From sequence record MT446416.1: 25,992 bases of DNA; one strand, written 5' to 3'. Positions 25,643 to 25,992 of this stretch are shown one piece after another. Each line of letters opens with the position of its first letter. The stretch's first letter is position 1. The position numbers were made by a program, and so were the translations under genes. The notes beneath the pieces are model-generated. The model had not been told where the DNA came from. It saw only the letters and a program-made list of their open reading frames with translations, and did not search any database.

Positions 25643-25774
25643 TTAGTCGAGAATAAATCTCGACTTGTGTTTTACTTTACCATTCTTCATTGCTTTCTTA
25701 CGGTCCACATGTGTTTGAGGTTTATTAAACTCATTCATATGCTTTTGTACAAAGTTGTTTACATTTTTAGCCAT
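25643..25774 (-). CDS. small basic protein absent from the ORF track (43 aa, MAKNVNNFVQKHMNEFNKPQTHVDRKKAMKNGKVKHKSRFILD)
   Basis: Translated by hand; starts 2 nt after the upstream stop; resembles small basic phage proteins with an N..K..THxDRKK pattern. Confidence 0.7.
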   Translation of the reverse strand: MAKNVNNFVQKHMNEFNKPQTHVDRKKAMKNGKVKHKSRFILD

Positions 25775-25776
25775 AC

Positions 25777-25992
25777 TTACTCCAAATCGGGATCTTTAAC
25801 TGTTAGGCTTTCAATATCACTTGCGTAAAGAACTACATTAGTTTGTGTCTCTGATACTTTAAAATCATGATAACTATCTTTCACTTTAAAATTATCCAAA
25901 ATAAACCCTTTACTACAACACATCATGATTTTATCATCTTTGATAGTGTATGTATTCTTTTTCTTACGCACTTCAGATTGTGGGGTAATATT
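25777..25992 (-). CDS. hypothetical protein, 5'-truncated by the window edge
   Basis: Frame stays open to position 25992. Confidence 0.6.
   Translation of the reverse strand, partial: NITPQSEVRKKKNTYTIKDDKIMMCCSKGFILDNFKVKDSYHDFKVSETQTNVVLYASDIESLTVKDPDLE

Noticed and set aside
63-25828. All plus-strand ORFs in the track and short alternative-frame minus ORFs (e.g. 1562..1771, 4429..4635, 10064..10318)
   Set aside because: They lie wholly inside longer, motif-bearing minus-strand genes and lack recognisable SD sequences or motifs; treated as shadow ORFs
1-25992. Stop-codon reassignment (alternative genetic code)
   Set aside because: Genes tile densely under the standard code, with TAA, TAG and TGA all used as stops

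Overview
AT-rich, gene-dense segment of a large lytic phage genome; every credible gene lies on the minus strand. The gene mix suggests a T4-like or RaK2/GAP32-like jumbo myovirus (inference). Recognisable genes: ClpP protease, metallophosphoesterase, ATP-dependent DNA ligase, a Pth2-like protein, polynucleotide kinase/phosphatase (PseT), RNA ligase 1, an HxGH nucleotidyltransferase, a phage Dam-family adenine methyltransferase, and three free-standing endonuclease-like genes, one split by a 1-nt frameshift. Many small paralogous hypothetical genes fill the rest. The strongest unexplained signals are: (1) the palindrome AGTACT occurs about 73 times by manual count versus about 9 expected, in all codon frames, densest around the methyltransferase gene; (2) a ~680-bp non-coding, hairpin-rich region at 22039-22718 bracketed by promoters; (3) a recurring intergenic promoter, GACA-N13-TGA-TATAAT (5 copies), two copies carrying a shared palindromic operator; (4) a tandem array of 'QFTYK' paralogues. 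All counts and start-codon refinements were made by eye.
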